Shown here: in pieces, positions 27,897 to 36,001 of the stretch
How the letters are laid out: every line of letters starts with the position of its first letter
Numbering within the stretch: the first letter of the stretch is position 1
Assembly: GCA_964389375.1 (NCBI GenBank)
Contig: CAYMDP010000004.1
Location: 18,507 to 82,506 of the forward strand
Length of the DNA stretch: 64,000 bases
Reading direction: 5' to 3'
Source: an uncultured Pseudobdellovibrionaceae bacterium
Lineage (GTDB): Bacteria > Bdellovibrionota > Bdellovibrionia > Bdellovibrionales > UBA1609
The notes under the pieces: generated by a model
What the model was told of the DNA's origin: nothing
What the model saw: only the letters and a program-made list of their open reading frames with translations
Databases searched by the model: none
Program-made: the position numbers and the translations under genes

Positions 27897-29165
27897 ATGC
27901 TTAAGAAAATAATTTTGTTTTGCATCGTCTCTACACTTACAATTCTTGTCGGAGTTTTTTCAGCCTGTTCTTCTGATAAGGCCAGCAATGGCAGCGGAAC
28001 GACGCTAGCGTCAAAGGCATTTTGGCTAGAGCCTCTTAATCAAACTACAATTGGCCTTGGTCAAAATTTGAATGTCTATGCCGCCCTAAAAGCAGATGCC
28101 GGGCTTGCTTACCCTAGCTACGTGGATGCAAGTCAGGTGAGCTGGGCCTCTTCAAACCCCACTGTGGCGGCAATCAACAGCAGTGGTCTTGTGGCAGGAC
28201 TTGCAGAAGGGACCACGACGATCACTGCTAGCTATCAGACTTATTCTGATCAGATCACTATCAAGGTCAGTGGACAGTTTTTAAGCCGAAGTGTTTTTGT
28301 TATGGGACAAGGACAACGCTCTTATTCTTTATATGTCCCGTCCTTTGGAAGCAGCGCTGGCCCGCACCCTTTATTGTTATCTCTTCATGGCGGTGGGGGA
28401 AGCGCGATGATTCAAGCCTCTACCAGTCTGTTAAGTCAATTTGCCCAATCCCAAAAATTTTATGTGGCTTTTTTAGAGGGTACTGGTGGAATTAAAACCT
28501 TCAATGCAGGAAATTGCTGTGGGACTGCCGAGACAAATAATGTGGATGATGTTTTATATGTGCGAAGGGCCATCGAGCAAATCGAAGCAGATTTTGCTGT
28601 AGATTCAGGAAAGATTTTTTCTACGGGTTTTTCAAATGGGGGGATGATGTCCCATCGATTGGCTTGTGAGTTAGCAGACAAAATTAGTGGCATTGCGGCC
28701 ATTGGCGGAGCTTCGGGGCAATTTGATATCGATGACAATCAGTATTACCCATGCAATCCAAGTCAGCCTATTCGAGTGCTTCATATTCATGCGGCAAATG
28801 ACAGAAATTATCCCATTGAAGGTGGATTCGGAGACGGATTTTCAAATACTCCATTTTATTCGATTGAATCTACGATCGAGACCTGGCGGATCCGAAATAA
28901 CCTGACAAGTCAGGCGGCTATCGAAAACATTTCTTCAACGACTCAATGCCGGCACTATCGGACGGTGAGTAATGGGGCTTTGCCCAGTGCGCCCGTAAGT
29001 CTTTGTGTCTTGGACCCCACTGATATCTATGACTCCATCAATGAAATCGTATTTGGAGGCGGGCACTCATGGCCCGGCGGAGCCCGCTCTCCGGCTCCAA
29101 ATAGCGATGTTCCACCTCAAGATTTTAATGCCAATGCCTACCTGTGGGACTTTCTAAATAATTAG
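27897..29165 (+). CDS. Lipoprotein with Big_2-like domain and PHB-depolymerase/esterase-type alpha/beta hydrolase domain
   Basis: Lipobox VFSAC. VSWASSNPTVAAINSSGLVAGLAEGTTTITA is Big_2-like. HGGGGS and GFSNGGMM (GxSxG) are typical of LpqC/PHB-depolymerase family esterases. Confidence 0.7.
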   Translation: MLKKIILFCIVSTLTILVGVFSACSSDKASNGSGTTLASKAFWLEPLNQTTIGLGQNLNVYAALKADAGLAYPSYVDASQVSWASSNPTVAAINSSGLVAGLAEGTTTITASYQTYSDQITIKVSGQFLSRSVFVMGQGQRSYSLYVPSFGSSAGPHPLLLSLHGGGGSAMIQASTSLLSQFAQSQKFYVAFLEGTGGIKTFNAGNCCGTAETNNVDDVLYVRRAIEQIEADFAVDSGKIFSTGFSNGGMMSHRLACELADKISGIAAIGGASGQFDIDDNQYYPCNPSQPIRVLHIHAANDRNYPIEGGFGDGFSNTPFYSIESTIETWRIRNNLTSQAAIENISSTTQCRHYRTVSNGALPSAPVSLCVLDPTDIYDSINEIVFGGGHSWPGGARSPAPNSDVPPQDFNANAYLWDFLNN

Positions 29166-29257
29166 TGATAAAACAAGAGCCAGGTGACTGCTTGATGGAG
29201 TAAGGATAAGAGTAAGAGCCGATTCTGTAGACTTATCGAACGAGAGGCCCTCTTAAG

Positions 29258-30166
29258 ATGTTGTTTAGTGAAGTACTTAAAGCTCACCGGTCAGCGGAAG
29301 CCAAGCATAGTTATACCGATATTCTGGGTGATGCATTTTTAATGAATGAGAATCCGATCTATCGAAGGATCAGATTACAAGCCTTAAATCTTGGAGTGAG
29401 CTTTGCCGAGGCAACGACTCAATACCTGTTAATGCCGTTTAATCAACTTGATAAGATCCTCGCCTCAAAACAAGTTCCCTTTGTCCCATCAGCGCGCCTC
29501 ATGGCTGAGGTTGAATTGAAACACCCGATGGTCTTCGATCTTGAACAAATGCCGATGCCCGAGAGCTATCACTTGCACGAAAGTGCGCATATTGTGGGTG
29601 AGCATTGCAGTTTAACACTTAAGGTAAGTCATCAAGAGGAAAAAATCTTAAAGGCGATTTTATGTGAGAGTTTTGCCAATACTGTGGATGCCTTGGCCTG
29701 TGTTTATGCCGAAACGGAGTTTCACAAAGTTTTTTTGCGACTGAATTGTTATATGACTCCCGTCGATAAGACCCGCAATCTGATTAATAAAGTAAGCCAG
29801 GCCTTGGGTGAGGAGTTCGCGATACGCTTAGTTTTGATTTCCTATGTGTTTGCAAATTTTTTGCGTGATGAAGTCCCGCTCGCCTTAATTGAAGAATGGA
29901 TCGAAAAGTTTGCGAATCTGGAAAAACCTCCGACAAAAAAAATGCTGAAGGATTGTGTGGAACTTGGTGGTATTGGCCAGGCTTTGGATCCACTTTTTCG
30001 AATACGGACAACAGAAAATTATTTTATGACCCAAGGTTTAGGTGGCGAAGTCTATGATCTTCTGAATTTTGATTTCTTAATTCAACTTCGACGCAAGGAT
30101 TTTACTGAAGTTTTTGAAGCCATGATTTCGAGTCTTTATAGGGATCAAAATCTTTCATTAAACTGA
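29258..30166 (+). CDS. Hypothetical protein with HExxH motif
   Basis: 302 aa with no signal peptide. A single HESAH (HExxH) occurs within YHLHESAHIVGEH. No family recognised. Confidence 0.5.
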   Translation: MLFSEVLKAHRSAEAKHSYTDILGDAFLMNENPIYRRIRLQALNLGVSFAEATTQYLLMPFNQLDKILASKQVPFVPSARLMAEVELKHPMVFDLEQMPMPESYHLHESAHIVGEHCSLTLKVSHQEEKILKAILCESFANTVDALACVYAETEFHKVFLRLNCYMTPVDKTRNLINKVSQALGEEFAIRLVLISYVFANFLRDEVPLALIEEWIEKFANLEKPPTKKMLKDCVELGGIGQALDPLFRIRTTENYFMTQGLGGEVYDLLNFDFLIQLRRKDFTEVFEAMISSLYRDQNLSLN

Positions 30167-30329
30167 AGTTTTGGTCATTCCCATGGCCTGACCATGTGCC
30201 CCACTGCCAGGTGCCGGGCACTCACTGTTTAGACGCAGCTCTAAGGCTATTTTCAATACTGACTAGCTACGAATTGTTTACTAGATTATAGCTACTGATC
30301 AATCGGATCAATTACCTAAGGAGATGAGA

Positions 30330-30809
30330 ATGTCCGAACTTGTGACCTGCGTTTGGTTTGATTACGGTGAAGCTAGTAAGGCTGCCGCTTTTTATGCAGC
30401 CACCTTTCCGAACAGTAGTGTTGGGCGAGTCAATTTTGCACCTGGAGATTTTCCGGGAGGCAAAGGGGGGAGTGAGCTGACTGTAGAGTTTAATGTGATG
30501 GGACGAAAATTTGTCGGTCTTAACGGCGGACCAAATTTTTAACCTAACGAATCTGTCAGCTTCATGATCATTACCGACAATCAGGAAGAAACGGATCGAT
30601 ACTGGAATGCGATCATTAACAATGGTGGCGCAGAAAGCGCCTGTGGTTGGTGCAAGGACCGCTGGGGTTTCTCTTGGCAGATTACTCCAAGATTGCTGCT
30701 TGATCTGACAACCAGTTCTGATTCTGAGCAAGCAAAGCGTGCATTTGAGGCGATGATGGGCATGACTAAAATTGACATCGCCGCCCTTCGAGCTGCCGTA
30801 AAGTCCTAA
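30330..30809 (+). pseudogene. PhnB/3-demethylubiquinone-9 3-methyltransferase-domain (VOC-like, PF06983-like) gene interrupted by one in-frame TAA
   Basis: Track ORFs 30324-30542 and 30564-30809 share one frame. The read-through sequence is ...LNGGPNF*PNESVSFMIITDNQEETDRYW...CGWCKDRWGFSWQITP, a single continuous family-typical sequence. The stop is TAA at 30540-30542. Confidence 0.75.
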
Positions 30810-30888
30810 AGCGAACTTTGAGAATTTAGGGATTTTTTTGTTGAAAAATAGACTGGGCGGACTGGACACGAATTGAGTAGGATTCGGG

Positions 30889-30925
30889 GTCCTGTTTTTA
30901 GAAAGCGTGTTTCCAAAAACAGGAC
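30889..30925. terminator. Hairpin between convergent genes (possible bidirectional terminator)
   Basis: GTCCTGTTTTT (30889-30899) is perfectly complementary to AAAAACAGGAC (30915-30925). The T and A tracts form part of the stem. The loop is 15 nt. Confidence 0.5.
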
Positions 30926-30941
30926 TCGGTCTTAGGGAGGA

Positions 30942-31283
30942 CTATTCGCAGCGTGAAACTTCCCAAATTGCGCGGCAAGAATCTGGAGTTGCGTCAAGGC
31001 TGTCGTCTAAACACTTTGTATCGACGTAGCTGATAACTAAAAGATCCTTTTTTCGATTAACGCGAATACGAGATTCATCTTTTTCGATATCTTCTTTCAT
31101 AAGCTTCAGTGCTTTGTGTCTTACGGCGTAGGGGTTTCCAGTAAAGCACATTTCATAATAGCCAATTGAGCTTTCTAAAACATTTTGGCCTTTTTCGGGG
31201 CCTTCAGAGAAATAAAGATCTCCGCTAGAGGCCATGGCGGATAGGGGTAAAACTAGAAACAGTAAGGCGATAAGAACTTTCAT
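30942..31283 (-). CDS. Small exported hypothetical protein
   Basis: Signal peptide MKVLIALLFLVLPLSAMA with RBS GGAGGG. 113 aa and Cys-containing. Confidence 0.6.
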   Translation of the reverse strand: MKVLIALLFLVLPLSAMASSGDLYFSEGPEKGQNVLESSIGYYEMCFTGNPYAVRHKALKLMKEDIEKDESRIRVNRKKDLLVISYVDTKCLDDSLDATPDSCRAIWEVSRCE

Positions 31284-31427
31284 AAACCCTCCAAATGTTG
31301 CTAAGGTCTTTAGCAGCGAAGGTTTTGCCTGTAAATAGGCAAGCCTTTTGTGAAATTTTGTCCTAATGCTTTGGGATAGCAGGGGCCGGCTTATAATCGA
31401 GCTGCGGATTACTTAGGGGCGGAATAC

Positions 31428-32675
31428 CTAGAGTCGGTTTGCCTGCTTAAGTTTATTCAATAAGACCTTTTCAGCCCGTTTTAATTGGGGGTCTTCGCTA
31501 GCGCCAGCTTGTAGGGGCCAATCGACATTTACATCGGGCTCAACACCCTTACCCTCTAGATCGACTCCATCAAGTAAAAGTCCCTGGGATGAAAGATAAA
31601 GGAAATAGGGCAAAGAGAGTTCTCTCATGTGGGCTGCGCCTGCCACAAAAAAACCTGCGGTGCGGGTGCCAATCAATGTGGCTCTCTTGGTTTTTTTAAA
31701 TTGAAAGGCCAAAGCCTCTTTTCCCGAGCGCACACCTTCGTTGATGATCACGACCATGGGTTTTTTAAAGCTTTCAGGGTTTGTTTTAGATTCGGGTTTG
31801 CTTTTATTCTTGGTTCCGTCCCGAAGAATAAAGGCGGATTCAAAATAAGTAGAGCTGTCTTCGAAAAAGGGATCTAAGTGGTCGTACCAGGCTCCGCCAA
31901 AGCCGTCTCTTAAGTCTAAGATAAATCCGTCGACATGTTTTAAGGATTTTACGGCTTTTGCGAGTTCTTTCTTTGTTTCATCGTGGGTTCCGGTCCACAG
32001 ATGGACATAGCCGAAAGTTTTATCTTCTTTTTTAATTTCTCGGACACTGTTTTTAGTTGCCGAGATATAAGATTGATGAAGCCCTTCTTGAAGGGGAGTG
32101 ACTTTGATTTTATGTACTTTGGATCTTCGTTTGATTTCTAGCTCGACCGTTTTATTTGCAAGGCCCTGAAAGGATTTTGCGGGGACAAAGGGGCTGCCAT
32201 TCGCTTTTAAAATTAAGTCCCCTCTTTTTAGATCTGCTTTTTCTGCTGGGTAGCCGTTTAGGACCGAGCGGACTTGAAAGCCATCAACACTTTTTTTGTA
32301 TTCGGCCCCGATATGCGCAATCGCAGGAGTCTTTGGATCTCTTGTGCCGAAGAGGGATCTAAAAAAGAAAAATTCTAGATCTGATTCCGTATAAAACTGA
32401 GTGTGGGAAACCTTTAAGGTCGATAGAAATGCGTTGATCTGAGTGGCAAGCTCATCCAGGTTTTTTGCATCTGCTGCCCGGCGCTTCATTTTTTCATATT
32501 GTCTGGGTGTAAAATATTTTTGTTCTAGTTTTAAAGGGTAGATATTGGGCTTTGCGGTTTGCCAGAATTCTTCGAATATTTTTTGACCCTCGAAATTGGC
32601 GGGTGGGGCAAGTTGTTGGCTTTGGGCCCAAGTGGTGCTGAGGAGAAAAAGTGTTATAAAAAATGATTTTGCCAT
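31428..32675 (-). CDS. Peptidase S41 family protein with PDZ domain
   Basis: Signal peptide. PDZ-like VRSVLNGYPAEKADLKRGDLILKANG. ILDLRDGFGG and VVIINEGVRSGKEALA match S41 core blocks. Confidence 0.75.
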   Translation of the reverse strand: MAKSFFITLFLLSTTWAQSQQLAPPANFEGQKIFEEFWQTAKPNIYPLKLEQKYFTPRQYEKMKRRAADAKNLDELATQINAFLSTLKVSHTQFYTESDLEFFFFRSLFGTRDPKTPAIAHIGAEYKKSVDGFQVRSVLNGYPAEKADLKRGDLILKANGSPFVPAKSFQGLANKTVELEIKRRSKVHKIKVTPLQEGLHQSYISATKNSVREIKKEDKTFGYVHLWTGTHDETKKELAKAVKSLKHVDGFILDLRDGFGGAWYDHLDPFFEDSSTYFESAFILRDGTKNKSKPESKTNPESFKKPMVVIINEGVRSGKEALAFQFKKTKRATLIGTRTAGFFVAGAAHMRELSLPYFLYLSSQGLLLDGVDLEGKGVEPDVNVDWPLQAGASEDPQLKRAEKVLLNKLKQANRL

Positions 32676-32680
32676 TTACC

Positions 32681-33067
32681 TTATATTCGCTGAGCAAGAC
32701 GAGTTGCAAAGTAGGTACGCGAGTAGACTAGAACGGGAAGAGCTAGCAAAAGAAGCAGGGTGGTGTACTGCCAGTAGGCAGTAAATTGTGGAGTAAGTGC
32801 TGGCCCGAATCCATACCAAACCAAAATTCCATTTGGACCGAGTCCTTCGCTGAGCACTTGGTAATCGAAAACAATTCTGTTTATTTGAATTGAAGCCATT
32901 AGTCCTAGCAATGCGCCAAGGGATAGGGAGCAAGCATTCACTAAAAGAGAAATGATCCAGGAGCGAGCTAAAGCCTTAAACCACTGATCTAAAAAAAGTA
33001 GTGAAATCGTAGCGATCAACAATGCGGATAAGACAGGGATCCATATAAGAAAAATATTTGCAGTCAT
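32681..33067 (-). CDS. Small polytopic membrane protein
   Basis: 128 aa with about 4 hydrophobic segments. The stop lies 5 nt upstream of the S41 start, so they are probably co-transcribed. Confidence 0.55.
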   Translation of the reverse strand: MTANIFLIWIPVLSALLIATISLLFLDQWFKALARSWIISLLVNACSLSLGALLGLMASIQINRIVFDYQVLSEGLGPNGILVWYGFGPALTPQFTAYWQYTTLLLLLALPVLVYSRTYFATRLAQRI

Positions 33068-33134
33068 GGCTTTGTTTTAGGTCGAAGAATCAGAAATGTA
33101 AATGCGTTTGGCAGTGGAGTTTTCGCGGGTGGCC
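33053..33134 (-). repeat. Copy A of an ~80-bp duplicated upstream element
   Basis: Shares the perfect 14-mers AATATTTGCAGTCA and GTAAATGCGTTTGG, plus most intervening bases, with 33752-33831. Here the first 14-mer encodes the first codons (MTANIF) of the 32681-33067 gene. Confidence 0.75.
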
Positions 33135-33155
33135 AATGCGCTTGGATAATCCGTC

Positions 33156-33710
33156 TTAATCTGATCCCTGTAAAGTTAGCCACTGACCACCCTCGCAATA
33201 ATAAGTCACTGAGGCCTTTGGCACAAACGCATCATCAATTCCTTGATGATCTAGATTTTTAGGAAGGGGACCGCCATAGGTTTGTTGATGAGCTAAGATA
33301 GAATCTTTTGAAGCTGCAGAGAGAAATCTTGAGTAACCCACTTTTCCCTCGTTAATAACTTGCAACACGCGCCTATTTTCAGATGGTGCGAATGTAGATG
33401 GGCATGGCGCCTCCTTCTCCCAGACTACAAAAATAGAAGAATTGCCATTTTTCGAGCAAAGAACAGCCCAATCTTTACTTTTCCGAGAGGCAAAGCTGCC
33501 AGCAATCAGGTTGTGCGGATTCCGCACGTCCCAGGACTGAGGTATTTCGCAGCCTTGGCTTTCTATTGCCTTTACAACTTTCCGAGGGACGCCGGGAACC
33601 TGGTCGGGTTTTATAAAGCGTATTTCTTTCTCTGCTTTTTTCCAATCAATTGTCGCCGACGCCACATCAGTTGAGAGTAAGCATAGGACCGTGCTAATTA
33701 GAACTTTCAT
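33156..33710 (-). CDS. Exported hypothetical protein
   Basis: Signal peptide MKVLISTVLCLLSTDVASA with RBS GGAGGAAC. 184 aa, several Cys. No family recognised. Confidence 0.6.
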   Translation of the reverse strand: MKVLISTVLCLLSTDVASATIDWKKAEKEIRFIKPDQVPGVPRKVVKAIESQGCEIPQSWDVRNPHNLIAGSFASRKSKDWAVLCSKNGNSSIFVVWEKEAPCPSTFAPSENRRVLQVINEGKVGYSRFLSAASKDSILAHQQTYGGPLPKNLDHQGIDDAFVPKASVTYYCEGGQWLTLQGSD

Positions 33711-33751
33711 TAGTTCCTCCGAGGGACGAATTCTCTTCTATAGCGTCCAAG

Positions 33752-33831
33752 AATATTTGCAGTCACGGGTTTCCTTTTAGGCCGAAGGGCAAAAAAAGTA
33801 AATGCGTTTGGTGTGGGCTTTCGCAGCTGGC
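33752..33831 (-). repeat. Copy B of the ~80-bp duplicated upstream element
   Basis: Aligns with 33053-33134 at a 699-bp offset. In this copy ATG is changed to GTG/CAC (AGTCAC), so the 14-mer is non-coding. It lies 41 nt upstream of the 33710 start. Confidence 0.75.
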
Positions 33832-34391
33832 TAGGATCTTTCTCTAGCTAACTTTTTGTATTCAGCTAAAAACTCATTAAATTTCTCGAGTTCCTCTTCA
33901 TTTTCAGACCACTTCTTAATTTTTTGAATTTTAATTGGGTGTTTCTCTGCGACCCAAAGGGCATGAATGAGGCTTCCACGGTCCTTCCAGTGGTACCATG
34001 CGGCTAGACGATCCATCACACATTGAGTCGGGGAGTAGAGTTTAACGACTACGCCAGCTACTTCAAATTTTCCTTCAGCTTCGACTGGGACCTCATCACC
34101 AATGCCGAGCGGGCCACTTCCAGGAAACTCAAGATAAAACTTCGAGTCAGGATGTTTGAAGTATCGATCATCTTTCTTAAATCCAATTTGAGATAAGCTT
34201 TTATGGATCGCATCTTTCGAATAGGGTGAAACAAAGTCTAAATCGTGAGAATGATATCGTTCATCCGTATAAATCGAAACGCAGGAGCCGCCAACTAAAA
34301 CACATGAGATGCCGGATTTTTCGAGTTGCTGCACTACTGCCGCTGCAAAATGTTTTCGGTCAAGTTTTGGGGAAATTTTTAAGCGTGACAC
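33831..34391 (-). CDS. Minimal nucleotidyltransferase-fold protein (Pol-beta superfamily-like)
   Basis: GTG start overlapping the upstream stop by 1 nt (TAGTG). VLVGGSCVSIYTDERYHSHDLDF fits the pattern G-[GS]-x(9-13)-D-h-[DE]-h. 186 aa. Confidence 0.55.
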   Translation of the reverse strand: MSRLKISPKLDRKHFAAAVVQQLEKSGISCVLVGGSCVSIYTDERYHSHDLDFVSPYSKDAIHKSLSQIGFKKDDRYFKHPDSKFYLEFPGSGPLGIGDEVPVEAEGKFEVAGVVVKLYSPTQCVMDRLAAWYHWKDRGSLIHALWVAEKHPIKIQKIKKWSENEEELEKFNEFLAEYKKLARERS

Positions 34392-34723
34392 TATAAGGGT
34401 TTACCTTTTTTTCGCGGTTTGCCTCTTGTGCTGGCGAAATATTGCTCCTGTTTATCAAGAGGCACTTGCGTAAGAGCCTTCTTCAATAAGATTTCAAGTT
34501 CCTTAGCCAAAAACCATCTTTTATTGAGTGAATAGAGTCTTGCTCTGCCTTGGTTTTGTCCCACAAGAATATTGGCCTGCTCGAGTTTATTAAGTGTTCG
34601 TAAAACCTGGGTATTGCTGATCTTAAAGGCCGTGGCGATTTCAAGAGAATAGCCCTCACCTTGCGCTATGAGATACAACAAAACCTTTTCTGCGGTCTGG
34701 CTACCAAAGAGTTCTTTCAGCAT
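34391..34723 (-). CDS. Winged-HTH transcriptional regulator (ArsR/MarR-like), candidate antitoxin/regulator
   Basis: 110 aa. YSLEIATAFKISNTQVLRTLNKLEQANILVGQNQGRARLYSLN fits an HTH plus wing. The C-terminus is basic. Confidence 0.65.
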   Translation of the reverse strand: MLKELFGSQTAEKVLLYLIAQGEGYSLEIATAFKISNTQVLRTLNKLEQANILVGQNQGRARLYSLNKRWFLAKELEILLKKALTQVPLDKQEQYFASTRGKPRKKGKPL

Positions 34724-34729
34724 GTTTTT

Positions 34730-34768
34730 ATTATAACCTAATTTAGGCTTTAATCAACCTAAATTAGG
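34730..34768 (-). promoter_or_regulatory. Promoter with two 11-bp near-palindromic operator sites; probably a leaderless transcript
   Basis: On the - strand, TATAAT (34735 to 34730) ends 6 nt before the ATG (34723) and TTGATT lies 16 bp upstream. CCTAATTTAGG (34737-34747) and CCTAAATTAGG (34758-34768) are reverse complements of each other, 21 bp apart. Confidence 0.6.
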
Positions 34769-34972
34769 AAAATTATAAGGGGGGCTCGGCGAACATCCTT
34801 GTTGATTGGGCCAGAGGCCGCTTTCGACTTTACTTTAAAAACTATGGGCTTCGGCTGCTAAGTTTATGATGTTTTTGGGATTTTGACATAGTTCCACCAT
34901 CGAGTGAGTAGAACCGGAATAGAAATGGCGATTCGGGTGTGATCGCTAATTTGGATATTTTTTTAGTTTAAA

Positions 34973-35049
34973 TGGCGGGGTGGACGGGACTCGAACCCGC
35001 GGCCTCTTGCGTGACAGGCAAGCGTTATAACCAACTTAACTACCACCCC
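34973..35049 (-). tRNA. tRNA-Asp (anticodon GTC)
   Basis: The reverse complement folds as a cloverleaf: acceptor GGGGTGG/CCACCCC, D arm GTTA..TAAC, anticodon stem CTTGC/GCAAG with loop CTGTCAC, T arm GCGGG-TTCGAGT-CCCGT, discriminator G and an encoded CCA. Confidence 0.95.
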
Positions 35050-35289
35050 GCATAGATGTGAGGAAGAACTTATAATTCTCTCGGGGCTGAGGTTCAATCA
35101 AATTCTTTGGGGAATTGGACTCCTTGAGTGAAAAATCTTAGAGAATTTAAGCTTATTATATATTGCGTCAAACGTCTTTGGTTTTAGGACAGGACCGCTC
35201 GGACTATGGTCGCTCTTGATGTGGCTTAGCTGCCAGCTTACACTTAGAGGCTGTCTATTTCATATTTAGTTCATTTTTGGAGGTACTCG

Positions 35290-35943
35290 ATGAGCTCTAA
35301 GCGAATTTTTGCGGGATGTGCTGTTGTCACTCTTAGTCTTTTGGCAAATTTGGCCTGTGAATCGGCCGGTAAAAAGACGGCTATTGGAGCAGGGGTTGGG
35401 GCTGCTGCAGGAGCTGCCGTTGGTGCCGTCATCGGACATCAAAGTGGAAACCGTAAAAAGGGAGCCGCTATGGGCGCGATATTTGGAGGGGCTCTTGGGG
35501 GCACCGTAGGTCTTCGCATGGATAAACAAGCTAAAGAACTTGAGAAGATCGCCGAAACTAAGCGCACAGAGACCGGTCTTATTACAAAACTTAAAAGCGA
35601 TATCTTATTTGATACAGGCAAAGCAGATCTAAAGCCTGCAGCCATTACAAATCTTGGGAAGATGTCTGAGATCCTAAAAAAATATCCAGAAAACGTCTTA
35701 ACCATCAAAGGTTATACAGACAGCACCGGATCGGCGGCTTTAAATCGAACGCTTTCTGAAAAAAGATCAGCTGCGGTTAAAACTCAGCTTGTAGCTGGCG
35801 GGATTCCTGAGGCAACTGTTTCGGTTGTAGGGATGGGACCTGCAGATCCAATCGGTGACAACACAAGTGCTGAGGGGCGTGCACAAAACCGACGAGTTGA
35901 AATTGAAATCACCGTCGACGAAAGCAAAGTCCCTAAGAAGTAA
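35290..35943 (+). CDS. OmpA-family lipoprotein with N-terminal glycine-zipper
   Basis: RBS GGAGG. Lipobox LANLAC. GAGVGAAAGAAVGAVIG is a Gly-zipper. The OmpA C-terminal domain shows GYTDSTGSAALNRTLSEKRSAAV and NRRVEIEI. Confidence 0.85.
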   Translation: MSSKRIFAGCAVVTLSLLANLACESAGKKTAIGAGVGAAAGAAVGAVIGHQSGNRKKGAAMGAIFGGALGGTVGLRMDKQAKELEKIAETKRTETGLITKLKSDILFDTGKADLKPAAITNLGKMSEILKKYPENVLTIKGYTDSTGSAALNRTLSEKRSAAVKTQLVAGGIPEATVSVVGMGPADPIGDNTSAEGRAQNRRVEIEITVDESKVPKK

Positions 35944-36001
35944 GTATTTGAGTTGGGTTTTGCTGGCCACTAATAAGTAAGATTTAAAAAAACATATTTT
36001 T

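Noticed and set aside
30312-30869. A 185-aa minus-strand ORF covers the whole PhnB-like locus and could argue that the + strand reading is wrong.
   Set aside because: The + frame contains family-specific blocks (GGPNF..PNESVSF, CGWCKDRWGFSWQITP). The minus ORF has no recognisable features and no RBS. The + strand nonsense-interrupted gene is the better explanation.
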